A stretch of DNA of 64,000 nt from Takakia lepidozioides. Its lineage: Eukaryota; Plantae; Bryophyta. The notes beneath the pieces are model-generated. The model was not told where the DNA came from. It made no database searches and was given only the letters and a program-made list of their open reading frames with translations. The position numbers were made by a program, and so were the translations under genes. The first letter of the stretch is position 1. Each line of letters starts with the position of its first letter. The stretch spans positions 70,680,001 to 70,744,000 of the forward strand of contig CM060732.1 in assembly GCA_030704615.1 (NCBI GenBank), read 5' to 3'. This document shows, piece by piece, positions 52,306 to 64,000 of this stretch.

Positions 52306-55300
52306 GATCGCGCGAGGTTCGTGAAAATGTCGTTGTTCCAAACTGGTCAACAAGTTTTCCTCACTCTTCAGGGCTTGAACTCTATCGTCGTAACAACAAA
52401 ATGTCTCAACGTGACTGGTTGCGAAAGTTGCGATGGACGACAGCTAAACGGGTCCACAATATCTATAGTTATAGTGTTTTGCGATCCGACACATTCTTCT
52501 GTGTCGTTGCCATATCCGCACATGGATGCGGACTCTTTGGGAAAAGCAATCGGAACACCTGTCGTTTGGGATGTGGTGCAAATTCAAAAAGATATTGGGA
52601 CTGACACCAACACCAACAATGAAGTTCTTCGGTTCTCCGAGGTCGAATTGACATCTGCGGCTAATTACCATCCAAAATTCAATGAACAAATTGAATCTGA
52701 CATGTCAAGGCCGTCTTCGAATAACGATGTTGCTATGGGTAGAGACAGTTGGAGAAATAAATTGTGTATTCTCCTTGGAGATGAACAAAGTGCTTTGTAC
52801 GAGGGCAGAATTCAAGCATGTCATCCTGACGAGGTGATACTTTGTGAGAAAGTTGGAGAACATAACGTCGGGGTGCTCGTTACAAGGATTTTGAATGGCG
52901 GTTTGGCCAATCTCATGTGTCTCGTGAACCGGCCATTGACGCAGACTCGGTTGATTGATAGTGACAGGACATTGTCACATGAGCTTCATAGTTTCATCAA
53001 TAGCCGGGAATAAACTGATATTCGTCACAACGAGAAAGGTGTGATTAAAGCAGCATACCGGCATTTCAACAGACCAAAAAAAGATCCGAAAAAGGACGAT
53101 TCCAAAAAGATAAATACTCGCCTCTCTCTACAGGCAGTTCGAGAAGTCAGCAGCAAACAATGTTGCAATTTACAGTGTTGCCAATATTTCGACTGGAGAA
53201 TAACACTCGCTATCCGGACTGCTTATTGGGGGTCCTCTTACGACGAACGGAGAGAGCTCGGTTTTGATGTTCCCAAAAGACTTCATCGAATCGATGGGGT
53301 TTCGACAAATGCCTACATAACCATTGAGGGCGTTGATGTATGTGAGACAGCTTGGTGGACAATTCACGGAATCGGTCGTTCAACCTACATGGAATACAAA
53401 AAACTAAGTAGAGAGGGTGTGGTTACATCGTTGCACGGGAATTGCGGAGTGAAACGGCCCCGTCCACAAACTTGTCAAGCTGAAGAAAACTTAATGTCGA
53501 TTATAAACGGAAATTCCGATCTCATGCCTCATAAGACCCGCTGTATTGGAGACGGACGGAGAGATACTCTTCGAGTTCTGCCACCTGAACTGAACTGGAA
53601 AAAAATTCGTGAGGAGTGTAATGAGGTTAGATCTTCTTCTTTTTACCACTTTCTGAATTCTATATTTTTTGGGACCTTCCCTGTTTTGCTTCCACGCAAT
53701 GTATGAGACCTCTCACTATTAAAGCTCGGATGATCGTGCGAGGTTCATTTCCCCCTGTCTGTCTTGCAGACGAATAAAATATGTGGGTTGAAGCCTATCT
53801 CCCAGGCAGCCGTCAGCAGAATCAGACAACGGATTTTTCCCAATGTCGAGGTTATTTAGAAAAAGTGGTAGCACGTTTGCCAAATGCACAGACTGTGAGA
53901 TGCTCAAAGACCTAATCAAGAAGTCAGTCAAACGTAGCGATGAGCAGGCCTCGCACAAGAAAGCACTTGATAAGCACCTCAGGCTTCAGGAGTCTTGCAG
54001 GAGACTCTATCACAGCTGGAGGAATTAGTCGGCTATGATGCCGTCCAAGTTCCTCTACATCATTCATGACAAGATGTATCATCGGAAAACAGCTATTCCA
54101 AGGTTGCAGACGATGAACAAGATGGTCTCCGGCTTAGGTCAGCCTCTAATCTCGCTAACTGACATGGTCACCCATGGCCACGGGGACGGAGCCTACGGAC
54201 AGTACTCTCTGGACTTCTGGCCGGGAGACCCGACCTTCATGATTGGCTCTCTAGCAAGATGTCTCCGCCAACTATAGAAGCCCTCTTGCCGCGAAAGTCG
54301 TAACATCTTTGACCACCCACCTCAGAATTTTTTTTTCGAATCTCTCATGAAGGGTAAATCGAGGTGTCTCGACGTCCTGAAACCTTTTGGCGATAAGGAG
54401 AAGAAAAAAAGAAAAGTCCCACTTCTGCGAAGACTCTACCTGCAGTTGGACAACTGCGTAAAGGAAAACAAAAACAGGTGGATGCTGGCTTTTCTGTCGC
54501 TCCTAACTGCAAGAGGAGTGTTTGAGGAGATTCATATGGGATTTCTCATGGTTGGCCATACCCATGAGGACATCGACGGATTCTTCAGTTATTTATCGAA
54601 GAAGCTGAAGCAAAACAACACCTACGTTCTCTCCGATCTTATGAGGTTTTTTACGATATCTCAAGATCTGCAATTTATTCCTCAAATCATTCAAGAGGTG
54701 CCAGATTTCATGGCATATGTGGACGGTTGCATTCTCGATGGAAAAGAGGCTTTAGTTGGGCAAACATAAATGCATGTATTTCGATTCTATGTAGATGAAG
54801 ATGGTTGGTCTGTCATGAAGTTTAAGAAGTTTGCTACTGATTCTGAGTGGCTCCCCAAAAAAGATGCGGTGAAGATGTGGAAGTCGAATCCCGATGGATC
54901 TTCAAAGTTGCCTGTAGTAGTACAACCCAGGGCTGTAAAAAAAACACCAATTTGGGGTGTGGGAGATGACTCATCCGATAAACAGTCTTTTATCAAAACT
55001 GGAATTAAAAAATACAGGGAGTTCTGGAAGAAAAGGATGTTGCTTGACGATCATTATCGTGACACCATGATACAATATGATCAATACTGGGAAGCAATCC
55101 TTGCAGAACTTGATCTTCCCATTCCTGGAGAATCATGACATTCAATCGCGCTTAAAGAAGGTTTTTGGCCCTCAACCAAGTGGGCTGTCAACCACCACAG
55201 AGCCGGAATCCATACACCTGCAGAGGATGATCTGTCGGAAGAAGATGAAGTCATGGAGCCGTATTGTGGCCCCCGGTGTGATAGACCGAAATAACCTCTA

Positions 55301-55660
55301 AATCCGTTCAAGGACATTGAGAACGGATTCTTCGTCTTGGTTCGAGCAGTAGATACTGTGACGTTTCCAGTTTGGATGGGGATGGCAATATCGGATGTGG
55401 TCCGCGACAGAGGATCCAGGAATTTTAAGAAGGTTAGCGTAAAATGGTGGAGACCCAAGAAAGGAGGTAGCCCTTCCGATTTGGATAGGTACAGAGATTG
55501 TTGGTCCAAAATTTGGGAGTTCAATCTAGATGATCCCCCTCACATTAACTCTGTCGTTTGGACAATGCCCGCCGGAAAAAACACGATACGTAATAGCTCC
55601 AAGAAAATTACCGCGGTGGAGGCGGAGAAAACACGAGTAAATTTGGATGAGGCCACTTAA
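52306..55660 (+). mobile_element. Sola-like (DUF7869-type) DNA transposase pseudogene
   Basis: CCNLQCC, IEGVDVCETAWWTIHGI, HGN, FAKCTDC, IIHDKM, LYLQLDNCVKENKN, FLMVGHTHEDIDGFF. Intron 53626-53769; several in-frame stops and frameshifts. The superfamily assignment rests on motif recall only. Confidence 0.75.
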
Positions 55661-56519
55661 CAGTCAGACAATGCAACCTCGGGCGGAGACAAGGTTGACA
55701 AGGACATATTGTGGAGGTTCACTCCTCGGCATGTTTTCAAGAATAAAACTAATGTTTTACCTCCACTCTCCATTTGTTTCTCCTCACGTGTTCAAATATT
55801 AATCTACCTTTCTTGCCAGCCACTAGTTTTTTTCCGGACCTCATCTCTGTAACGTTTCAGGAACCTCGAGTGATCATCCAGAGTTCCTAGTTTTCCTGAT
55901 GTCACTGCTTCCTTCTCTTTGCAGTTCCTCTATCACATTACACCCATTGCTTTTGGTTCTCTCGTTCTCACAAAAGTGTCTTCTCCTCAACAGATTCGCC
56001 CATCTCCTTCATTCTCGGTCCACATGGTCATATTGTTGGGCTCAATATGATTGGTCTAAAAAATGTCCTGAGTATAAACCGCGTGGCAATTTGTGAAAGT
56101 TGTTGCTTCAATGGACAAGCTTTCTCGTGGTTTACTGCTTGTGAATCTTGTGAATCTTCTCCCATTACTCGTCAGTAGATTTCTGTAAGTCTGGCTTCAA
56201 GTACAGAGTTACATTTCCTTTACTGCCTTTTCGGACTATCTTAAGATTCTTCTCAATTTTCTTCGTCACTAATCAGTCCTAAACCTCGCTTTGCCACCCG
56301 TTATTCCGTGTCATCTCAAGTCAATTTATCTTGGGTCTGTTTATCTTATTAGGACCTTCTAAAGACAATACTTCTAGGGCCTTCAGTCCTTACATTGTCC
56401 TCACCTTAAACCATATACCCTAAACCTAATTCGAATGTTTGATGCGCATTCTTCAAGGGTTACAAGGTTGGGCATAATAGAATGGCCCTTGGGATATTTC
56501 ATTCAAGTCTAATTTCTTA

Positions 56520-58628
56520 GGTGACAATATCCTTCGGGACTCCATGATGCTTTAAGACGTGGGCGAAGTAAAGTCGCCCTGTCTCTTGCGCCGTTGCCGT
56601 CTCCTTGGTGGGGATGAAATGGCCCATTTTACTGAACCTATCAACCACCACCATGATTGCATCGAATCCTTTTGACAGCGGCATAGCAGTCATGAAATCC
56701 ATCGAGGCGCTTTCCCAAGTCCCCTCTGGAATCGGCAAGGGTAATAACAGCCCCGCTTGCTTTTTGTACTCGCTCCGGTTTTGTTGGCATGTGGTGCATG
56801 TCTTGACATACTCCTCTGCCTCCTCCCTCAGTTTGGGCCAGAAATACTCTTTCTTCAAGAGTGCCGCAGTGCGCTTGGCTCCGTCGTGGCCCGCAAGCGG
56901 GCTATCATGGCATTCTCTCAAGAGGCTATCTCTAATCCCTCCCTTCGGCACGTAGAGACGTTTTTGCTTATACCGGAGCAGTCCATTTTGCAAGTGGAAC
57001 TGCGATTTACCCCCCATCCTCAAGTCCTGCATCGCGGACTTTGCCAGCTCATCCTTCCGGCAAGCCTTCCAGATCTTTCTTTGGAGTGCCGTCTCGCCCC
57101 TATACACCAACAGGAGCTGCTGCTTTCTACTTAAAGCATCGGCCACCACATTGTCCCGTCCCGGTTTGTATTGGATATCCACGTCGAACACCGCCAAAGT
57201 ATCTTGCCACCTAAGTTGTTTTGGGGACAACTTGGGTTGCGTGGCAAAATACTTCACTGTGACATTGTCCGTGAACACCTTCACTGGGTTGGAACCAACA
57301 TAGTGGCGCCAAAGCTCAAGGCAATGCACCACCGCCTTCATCTCTTTTTCGTGCATCGGCCACCGTCGCTCCACTTCATTCAGTTTCTTACTTTCGTAAG
57401 CCACTGGACGTCCATCTTGCATAAGTACACCCCCAAACGCGAAGTCCGACGCATCTGTATGAATCTCAAATGGACGATCGAACTCCGGGATTTTCAAGAC
57501 TGGAGCTTCCGCCATCCGCTGCTTCAATTCAGCAAAAGCTTGGCCATAAAAGGTGTTCCATGCCCAGACTTTAGATTTACACAGAAGGTCTGATAGCGGC
57601 CCCGCAATCTTGGCGAAATTTCTCACATACTTCCGGTAATAGGAGGCGAGTCCTAGGAAGGATCGCACTCCCGGGACCGAAGTCGGAGGCTCCCAGTCCA
57701 AGATCGCCCTCACCTTTCTGTCATCCATTTTGATCCCATCATGTGTAATCACATGCCCCAGGAACTCCACTTTTGTGACCCCGAATTCGCACTTTGAAGC
57801 TTTGGCATACAGCTTCCCTTCTCACAATTTTTGGAACACCCTTTTGAGGTGCTCCAGGTGCGGACGATCGCGTACTAAACTCTAAGCTCTGATACCAAGT
57901 GTCGCGCACCTCACTTTGGTAAGCTCCCCTTCAAGTCATAGTTACTCGCTTTGATGCGCGCGCCTGACTCCCAACCTGGCCGCCCGGGCCAACTTGGAGC
58001 TTCGGCTGCTCACCGGGACATAACGGTCCCCCTTCGCTTCCCACTAAACCCTCCACCTATTTGGGACTAGGAGAATTCCCTTTGGTAGATGGCAGTCCGG
58101 AACAGCTCCCCACTCTTTGGTCGCTTTCCGGCTCGCTCGCTTACTCACTAGTTTTTGGTCACCAACGGGCTTGCACCGTTCTCGGGGTCACTACTCCCCT
58201 TATATATACTTCTGTAGCTGTCCGCGGGGGTTTCACAACCAGCCATGCCATTTTATGGCGAACCACCACGAAAACCCTCGACTCCCGATGATGAGTCGCG
58301 GTGAGTCTTGGCCCACTCACCACGGCCCCTATGGACCGTGATGAGTCCCAAGACTCCCCACGACTCCCACCACAAGGTCTCCGCCCCCATGGTGAGTCCT
58401 ATGCCACCCCCACTAAGTCCCGCTAAGCTACCACCACCCCTTGTGGAGCCACCCCCACCGCAACCCGGTGTGCGGGGCTCCACCTAGTGAGCGCCTCCGC
58501 TTCCCTGAGTGCCTTGGGCACTCAAGGGTGCTTCAGCCCCCCATACCTATCGTTGCCGCTGCCCCCACCACAGGGGCAGCCCCTCATGTGTCCCGACCCC
58601 CCTGCCCTCAAGGCAAAGGGTCGCGACA
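56520..58628 (-). mobile_element. Chromovirus Ty3/Gypsy, 5' half: 5' LTR (58628-57900), PBS, deleted gag/PR, RT end-RNase H-integrase N-terminal part
   Basis: LTR nearly identical to 46473-47199; PBS TGGTATCAGAGC (tRNA-iMet) at 57897-57886; SFLGLASYYR, TDASDF, HDSPLAGH...CTTC, SMDF...HGVPKDIVT. Confidence 0.95.
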
Positions 58629-58633
58629 CTCTA

Positions 58634-61600
58634 TCACTGTCCCTATTGTACTCAAACTCTATAGACCAAGAGGCCGGGTACAAGAGTAGCCCCATCGTTA
58701 TTCGCCGTCTTGCAATCTGTGAACTTGAGCCAGAGATCTCGTGTATTGGTCCCATAGTAGCTTGGCCTTGTGGTTCTTATTAGTCTCCCATGGTTGTATC
58801 CATTGCCACTATTAAATGCAGCGTGGACACAACCAATCCCCATCAGGAACCATATCAAGAGGTGGCGTCAAGCATCCCATGTGCCAACCTCTTGAACATC
58901 GATCGTACACCAGCATGGTGGCTGCCCCTCTGGCAGACCCACACAACATGCACCACAAACCTGCAGGTACCACCGCCAAGTTTGGGTCAACCCTTCCATC
59001 AACATTTGGAAAGTGACATGGCGCGCAATTACGCACATGGTCCTTCCAAGTCATGCCATCCCGACCCTCCAACATCAAGACTCATGAGGGCAACACCTCT
59101 CGAACCCTCAAAATAGTACGTCTTGCAGTCACATCCAGGGTCGTGAGAGCAGTCTGCTGCAAATAAACATAGTCACCAGGGTTAAATCTCCGAACCCCAG
59201 GACGATAGCCCCCACCACGTATGGTAGCATACCTCAACGTATCACGATATTGTGCAATGACAAGGTTCTCGAAAGCCATGGGCATGACTTTCTTGAACAC
59301 CTCTGCACGCTGATCACATGCACGTGCCCACACGTCCGGATCGTCAAGGTTGAGAACTGTAGCAGCTTCGCTACGAATGGATGCAGGCAAATCTGGCTCT
59401 CGGCCAAAGAGAAGTAAGTATGGTGAGAAGGAGGCAAGTGATGCTTGTTTGCTGAACCTGTAGCCTATGGCCAACCAGGGTAACTAAAGGTCCCAATCTC
59501 CTAGGTGTCCCTTCTGCAAGCCATACTTGTGCAAACCCCTCATCACTGTCTGAACAACCCTCTCTGCCAAGCCATCGGCCTCAGGATGACCGAGAAGTGG
59601 TGCGGTGGTCTACCAAGGCCTTGTCATACAATGCCTGAAACTCCCCCAAGAACTCTCTCCCTTGGTCCGTGAGTACCTCAGCTGGAGCACCAAATCGGCT
59701 AAGTACACAATCCAAGAATGCATACACAGCTCCCTCACTAGCCTTATCAGGCAATGGAACCAACTCGATCCACTTGGAGAAGTGTTCCACCATCACCAAC
59801 ACGTACTTGTTGTGGCGCATGGTCAATGGCAACGGCCCTGCAAAGTCAAGACTCCACCTGTAGCCCAATCCCATGATCAGAAGAGGGTGCAATTGTGGTG
59901 TAGGGGCGTTGAATGAAGCACGCACCCTGTCACACACCATGCACCTAGCCACAAATTGTTGCACCTCTGTGTGCATACCACGCCACCAATATTGCCCCTG
60001 CAGTAGACTGTGAGTGCACCGTACCCCAAAATGCCCCAATTCCTCATGGGCATGACGCACTAACCGTGCTCGCTGTGTTGGGTGAGGCATTATCCTCACT
60101 CGACCATCCTCCCACACTCGGAGCAGGTGTGTCCCCTCCCACTTGAGCGTCTTGGCTCGTTGTAGGATCCGATCCCTCTCCTTGGAAGTCACAGTGGCTG
60201 CCGTGTCCCCAGTGCGGAGATAGTCCAACACAGCTGAATCCTCATGTATATCTTTGGCGCCACCTTGCTCATTGCTGGCCTCAGGGTCCTCAGACACTCG
60301 GTCTATAGTATCCCTGTTGTAGGTCCAACCTGGCTTTTCGCTGCCAAGATACACAAAAATGCAGATGCATGCCATCCGGGCACTATCTCCTCGTCCGTCT
60401 CACCATGCCACCGAGCTCCAGTGTCATCCTGCTAGCTCGTGCATAGATTGTGACTCAACCCATCCGCATCACGATTGACCAAACCCGGTCAATGCACAAC
60501 CTGAAAGTCATACTCTTGAAGTATGAGTGCCCACCGTGCAAGCTTCCCCGTAAGCTTGTCTGACTCCATCAACCACTTGAGTGGCTGGTGATCCGTGACA
60601 AGGGTGAAGAGATTGCCGTATAGATAGCACCTGAAGTGTGCCACGGCCCACACTGCAGCTAAGCACTCCCCCTCATATGAGCTATACTTAGTCTCTGTAG
60701 CGTTGTTCGAGCGGCTAGCATAAGCCACTACAAACTCTCTTCCCTCATTATCCACCTGTGTGAGCACCGCTCCAAGCCCCAGCATGCTCCAATCTGTATA
60801 CAGCTGAAAAGGACGCCCCCTGATAGGTCGTCTCAAAATGGGCGCCGAGGTCAACCTCGCCTTGAGCTCTTGAAAAGCTTGTTCTTGCTCATCTTCCCAC
60901 TGCCACTCCTGGTCCACCTTGGTAAGCTTGGTTAGAGCCTTTGCAATGGCACTAAATCCCTTGACAAACCGTCTATAATAGTTTGCCAACCCCATGAAAG
61001 CTCAAACTTGGCTCACATCCGTGGGGCGTGGATTGTGTGCAATGGCCTCCACCTTAGTCTGTTGTACCCCCAATTCTCCAAGATATATCATGTGACCCAG
61101 ATACTCAATCTGGTTGTGGAAAAACTTGCACTTCCCCGGATGTAACTTCAATCCGTGCGCCCTCAAGCGCTCAAATACCACCTAAAGGTGTCTCTCATGC
61201 TTCTCCACTGTAGCACTAAAGATGATGATGTCATCTATGTAGCACCGAGCAAACTCCACCCGTGCTAGAATCCTGTCCATGACTCTCTGAAACTCTGCAG
61301 GAGCGTTCTTAAGCCCAAATGGTAAGAACCGCCACTGGTATAGGCAATCCTTCCCGTGCTCATTGATCCCCCAGAATGTCGTCTTTCTGCTTATCCGCCT
61401 CATTGATCGGCAACTGGTGATATCCGGATCGTAAATCCAAAGTGCTAAGGACCTTGGCATGCCCAATGGCATCAAAGATCTCCACTGGTGTTGGCATGGC
61501 ATACCTATCGGACTTGGTCTGACGATTTACAGGCCGGTAATCACCGCACATACGTCTCTCTGTCCAGTTGCCATAGACATCACTGTGGCTGAAGCATACT

Positions 61601-63770
61601 CTCCACCAGATAGCTCCACCAAACCAGCCTCCCAGAGGTCCTGAGTCCTCATCTGAATCAAGGACCTCTCCATGTCACTGTATCTATAGGGTCTCCGAAA
61701 GATTGGTGTGTCAGTGGCCAATTCAATGCGAATCTCTTGACCCTTCAGTGCTCCCAAGTCCTTCAAACTGAAGGCAAAGCAGTTCCTGTAAGCCCTCAAG
61801 AACCGCCGTATACGTCGTCTCTCTCCTCCGGTGACTATGGGTCCAACATCAGGCTCCCAGTTGCCCTCCGTGACTGCAACCTTGAGTCCAGCAAGCTTAG
61901 AGGTAGAAGACGCGTCCCGTGGTTGCTATGCTGCAACCTCTTGAGCAGTAACCACTGCCTGCTCTATCAGTGACAATGCCTCATCTTGCCCCATCATCTC
62001 AACTCTGAACCTCGAGCACCTCCCACGTGTGCCATGGATGCGGCCTGCACCTCGTGGTCCTCACCTGTTTGCCCCCACTCGCTGCCTGTACCGTCTCGGT
62101 AGGCAGAGAAACTATGAAGGGAAGTGTACTCGCTGCTCGTGGGTGACCCACCCTATTGACCATTGCCAAAGGTGATCGATCATCGTGTCTCACATGTTAA
62201 GACTGCCTCCCTTTGTCCAAAATGCTATCCACCGTCAGGTTTGGTGGCCACTGCACCCCATCAAATGCACGCTTGAGCAGTGCAGGTGGCATCAAATTGG
62301 TCCACCATAGTCGTGGGCGATGAGCCCGTGACCCCATTGCAGCTGCATCTAGCAACACTGCTAACCCAAGCCAAGACCGTACTTGATGCACACTGGCCAT
62401 CACCTTGGCCCGAGAATCACCCATCAATGGCACATTCTCCAAGATATATGTCGGAGAGTCTGTCTGCTGAAGCTGTAAATAGCGCATGACCCTCAACATC
62501 TCCCAAAACAGGCGTGACCTTGAGTCTTGTAGCCCGTTGCCATGCCCGGCTGATGAATGCCCTTGGCAAGGCCAACCTGCTGCAAATCCTTGCTCGTACC
62601 CTACAATGGAGTGTGAGGAACCATGGCAGGCAACTCCGCCGTACCATGCATGTCATCCTGCTCTGCTGGAGGTGGCACATCCTCTGCATGGGCATTGTCC
62701 TCTAGCAACTCTCCAGGCCAACTAACTGCAGTTGTGAAGGCTGCTAGTATTGGCATCTTGCCCCGCTGGGCAGCAACAACAGCCCCAGTAAATGTCACAG
62801 GGAGCTGTATACGACGACCATCCCCTGACTGCCATCCAGGGCTATAGGATGCTGACTCCTCCCAAAAATCTAGGGTGAAGCCCATGGGATACAACACTGC
62901 CCCACCAACAAGGACATCGTAAGAGACTGCGTCTGTCACAATGGCCTTGCCTCGCATCACTGAGCCATCTATAGGATGATCCGGCTGTAGTCTAATGGCC
63001 AACTCACGCCGTGTTATGCCCCGAGCTTGCTCTGATCCTCCCAGAGATGTCTGTATCTGGAAAGGACAAGGCTCTATATCCGCTCCATGAGGCCCAAACC
63101 TGCAATAGCGGCTCTGCCCAACATCAGTGGCTGAGCTCCCGAGTCCAACAAGACCCGCCTCTTGCCTGCCGGTCCACTCAAAGAAAAAATGCCATCCTGG
63201 TTGTCTAACAAGACAACTCCAGGTGTCACCATGGCGCGCTCAAAGGCTAGCCTAGCTGGCAGCTCCGTCAACCTAGCAGCTGCAGCTTCTTATGGCGCAG
63301 CCGTGGCAGTCTTGACCCTCAAATCCGAGGATCCCTCTGCCACTACACCTTCCACTAACTCCGCAGAAGATGAAGTGACCTCCCCATTCTCGCAAAGTGT
63401 TGCTGCTAGTCTGAACATTGCAGCTGGTTTTACCCCCGGCGTCGCAATCATGGTTGCCGAGAACAAAGGGGCCTGACACACAGAGGTGGCCGCCCCCAAC
63501 AACACACTGGCTGCACTAGCCTTGGCAGCAGGTGTCAGTGCTGCACGTGTAGCTCTCCCCAATGGCACAATAACCTTCGCCTTGGTATCCGTGGGGCGAG
63601 AATTAGGTACCATGGATGTCGTCGACACTGTCTCTGCCAAGATGAATGATTGAGGCAACCTAGCCTGACGGCTTGCCTCCCCACGCTGTGGATCCAACTC
63701 CACCTCTGCACCTCGTGGCTCAGGAACTCGTGCTGCTCCTCGAGTGACGGCTGTAGCAGTCTCCACCTAC
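58634..63770 (-). mobile_element. Non-chromovirus Ty3/Gypsy pol with C5 DNA methyltransferase core and C-terminal PHD finger (degenerate); 5' end outside the window or interrupted
   Basis: Order: protease (LLDSGAQP ~63150), DNMT (62580-62130), RT (CGDYRPVN, LDLRSGYHQ, PFGLKNAP, YIDD), RNase H (TDWS, YEGECLA, TDHQPL), integrase (HEELGH..CMVC, SLDF, TDQGREF, DGLAER), PHD (58952-58815). Confidence 0.92.
62130..62580 (-). pseudogene. C5 cytosine DNA methyltransferase catalytic core (motifs IV, VI, VIII) inside Gypsy pol
   Basis: AGWPCQGHSSAGHGNGLQDSRSRLFWEMLRVMRYLQ...YILENV...LLDAAAMGSRAHRPRLWWTNL; PCQ at 62571-62563 is in frame with ORF 62197-62499. Confidence 0.9.
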
Positions 63771-63809
63771 ACTAATGGTAGTGTTGCCCCACACATAAAT
63801 CCCAACGAC

Positions 63810-64000
63810 GCAATGGCGTGAATCTTGCGCGTGAGCGCGCGAGCGTACGCTCACGCAAGAGTGACGTGGCGTGAGCGTACGCTCATGCCAGCTAACGTGG
63901 CGTGAGCCTGCACCCACACTGACGTGGCGTGAGCATCATATCAGCAGGATGATGTGGCGGCAAATGATGAAGTGGCACTGCGCCGTCATCAGCCACGTCA
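63810..64000. repeat. GC-rich short repeats GTGGCGTGAGC, probably the end of another insertion
   Basis: Motif repeated 3-4 times, with TGAGCGTACGCTCA palindromes. Confidence 0.5.

Overview
Eukaryotic (land-plant) nuclear DNA; the PLS-type PPR, RTEX-like LINEs, Sola-like transposase and PHD-bearing Gypsy suggest a seed-free plant such as a bryophyte (inference). It has three zones. (1) 1-13 kb is a cluster of decayed genes: two paralogous RING-finger genes, a ~2.1-kb frameshifted gene ending in a bacterial-type HicA-like RNase domain, a PPR-E pseudogene, a CASP-like pseudogene and a tRNA-type SINE. (2) 17.8-40.3 kb (minus) is an intact 23-exon mannosyl-oligosaccharide glucosidase (GCS1/MOGS, GH63; 886 aa reconstructed by hand with all phases consistent) whose large introns are full of RTEX-like LINE copies, including a ~1.3-kb composite duplicated in inverted orientation in two introns. 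(3) 40.5-64 kb is a nested transposon block: an L1 fragment, a foldback-like element, a Sola-like DNA transposon beside an ORF with RNA Pol II CTD-like heptads, a chromovirus Gypsy, and a second Gypsy whose pol carries a C5 DNA-cytosine methyltransferase core between protease and RT plus a PHD finger after the integrase. An ~11.8-kb inversion (44683-56519) splits the chromovirus integrase and leaves its two LTRs, which share the TSD TAGAG, in opposite orientations. The top leads are the DNMT+PHD retrotransposon, the HicA-like domain gene, the inversion and the CTD-like ORF. All family calls come from motif recognition by eye; no database searches were run.
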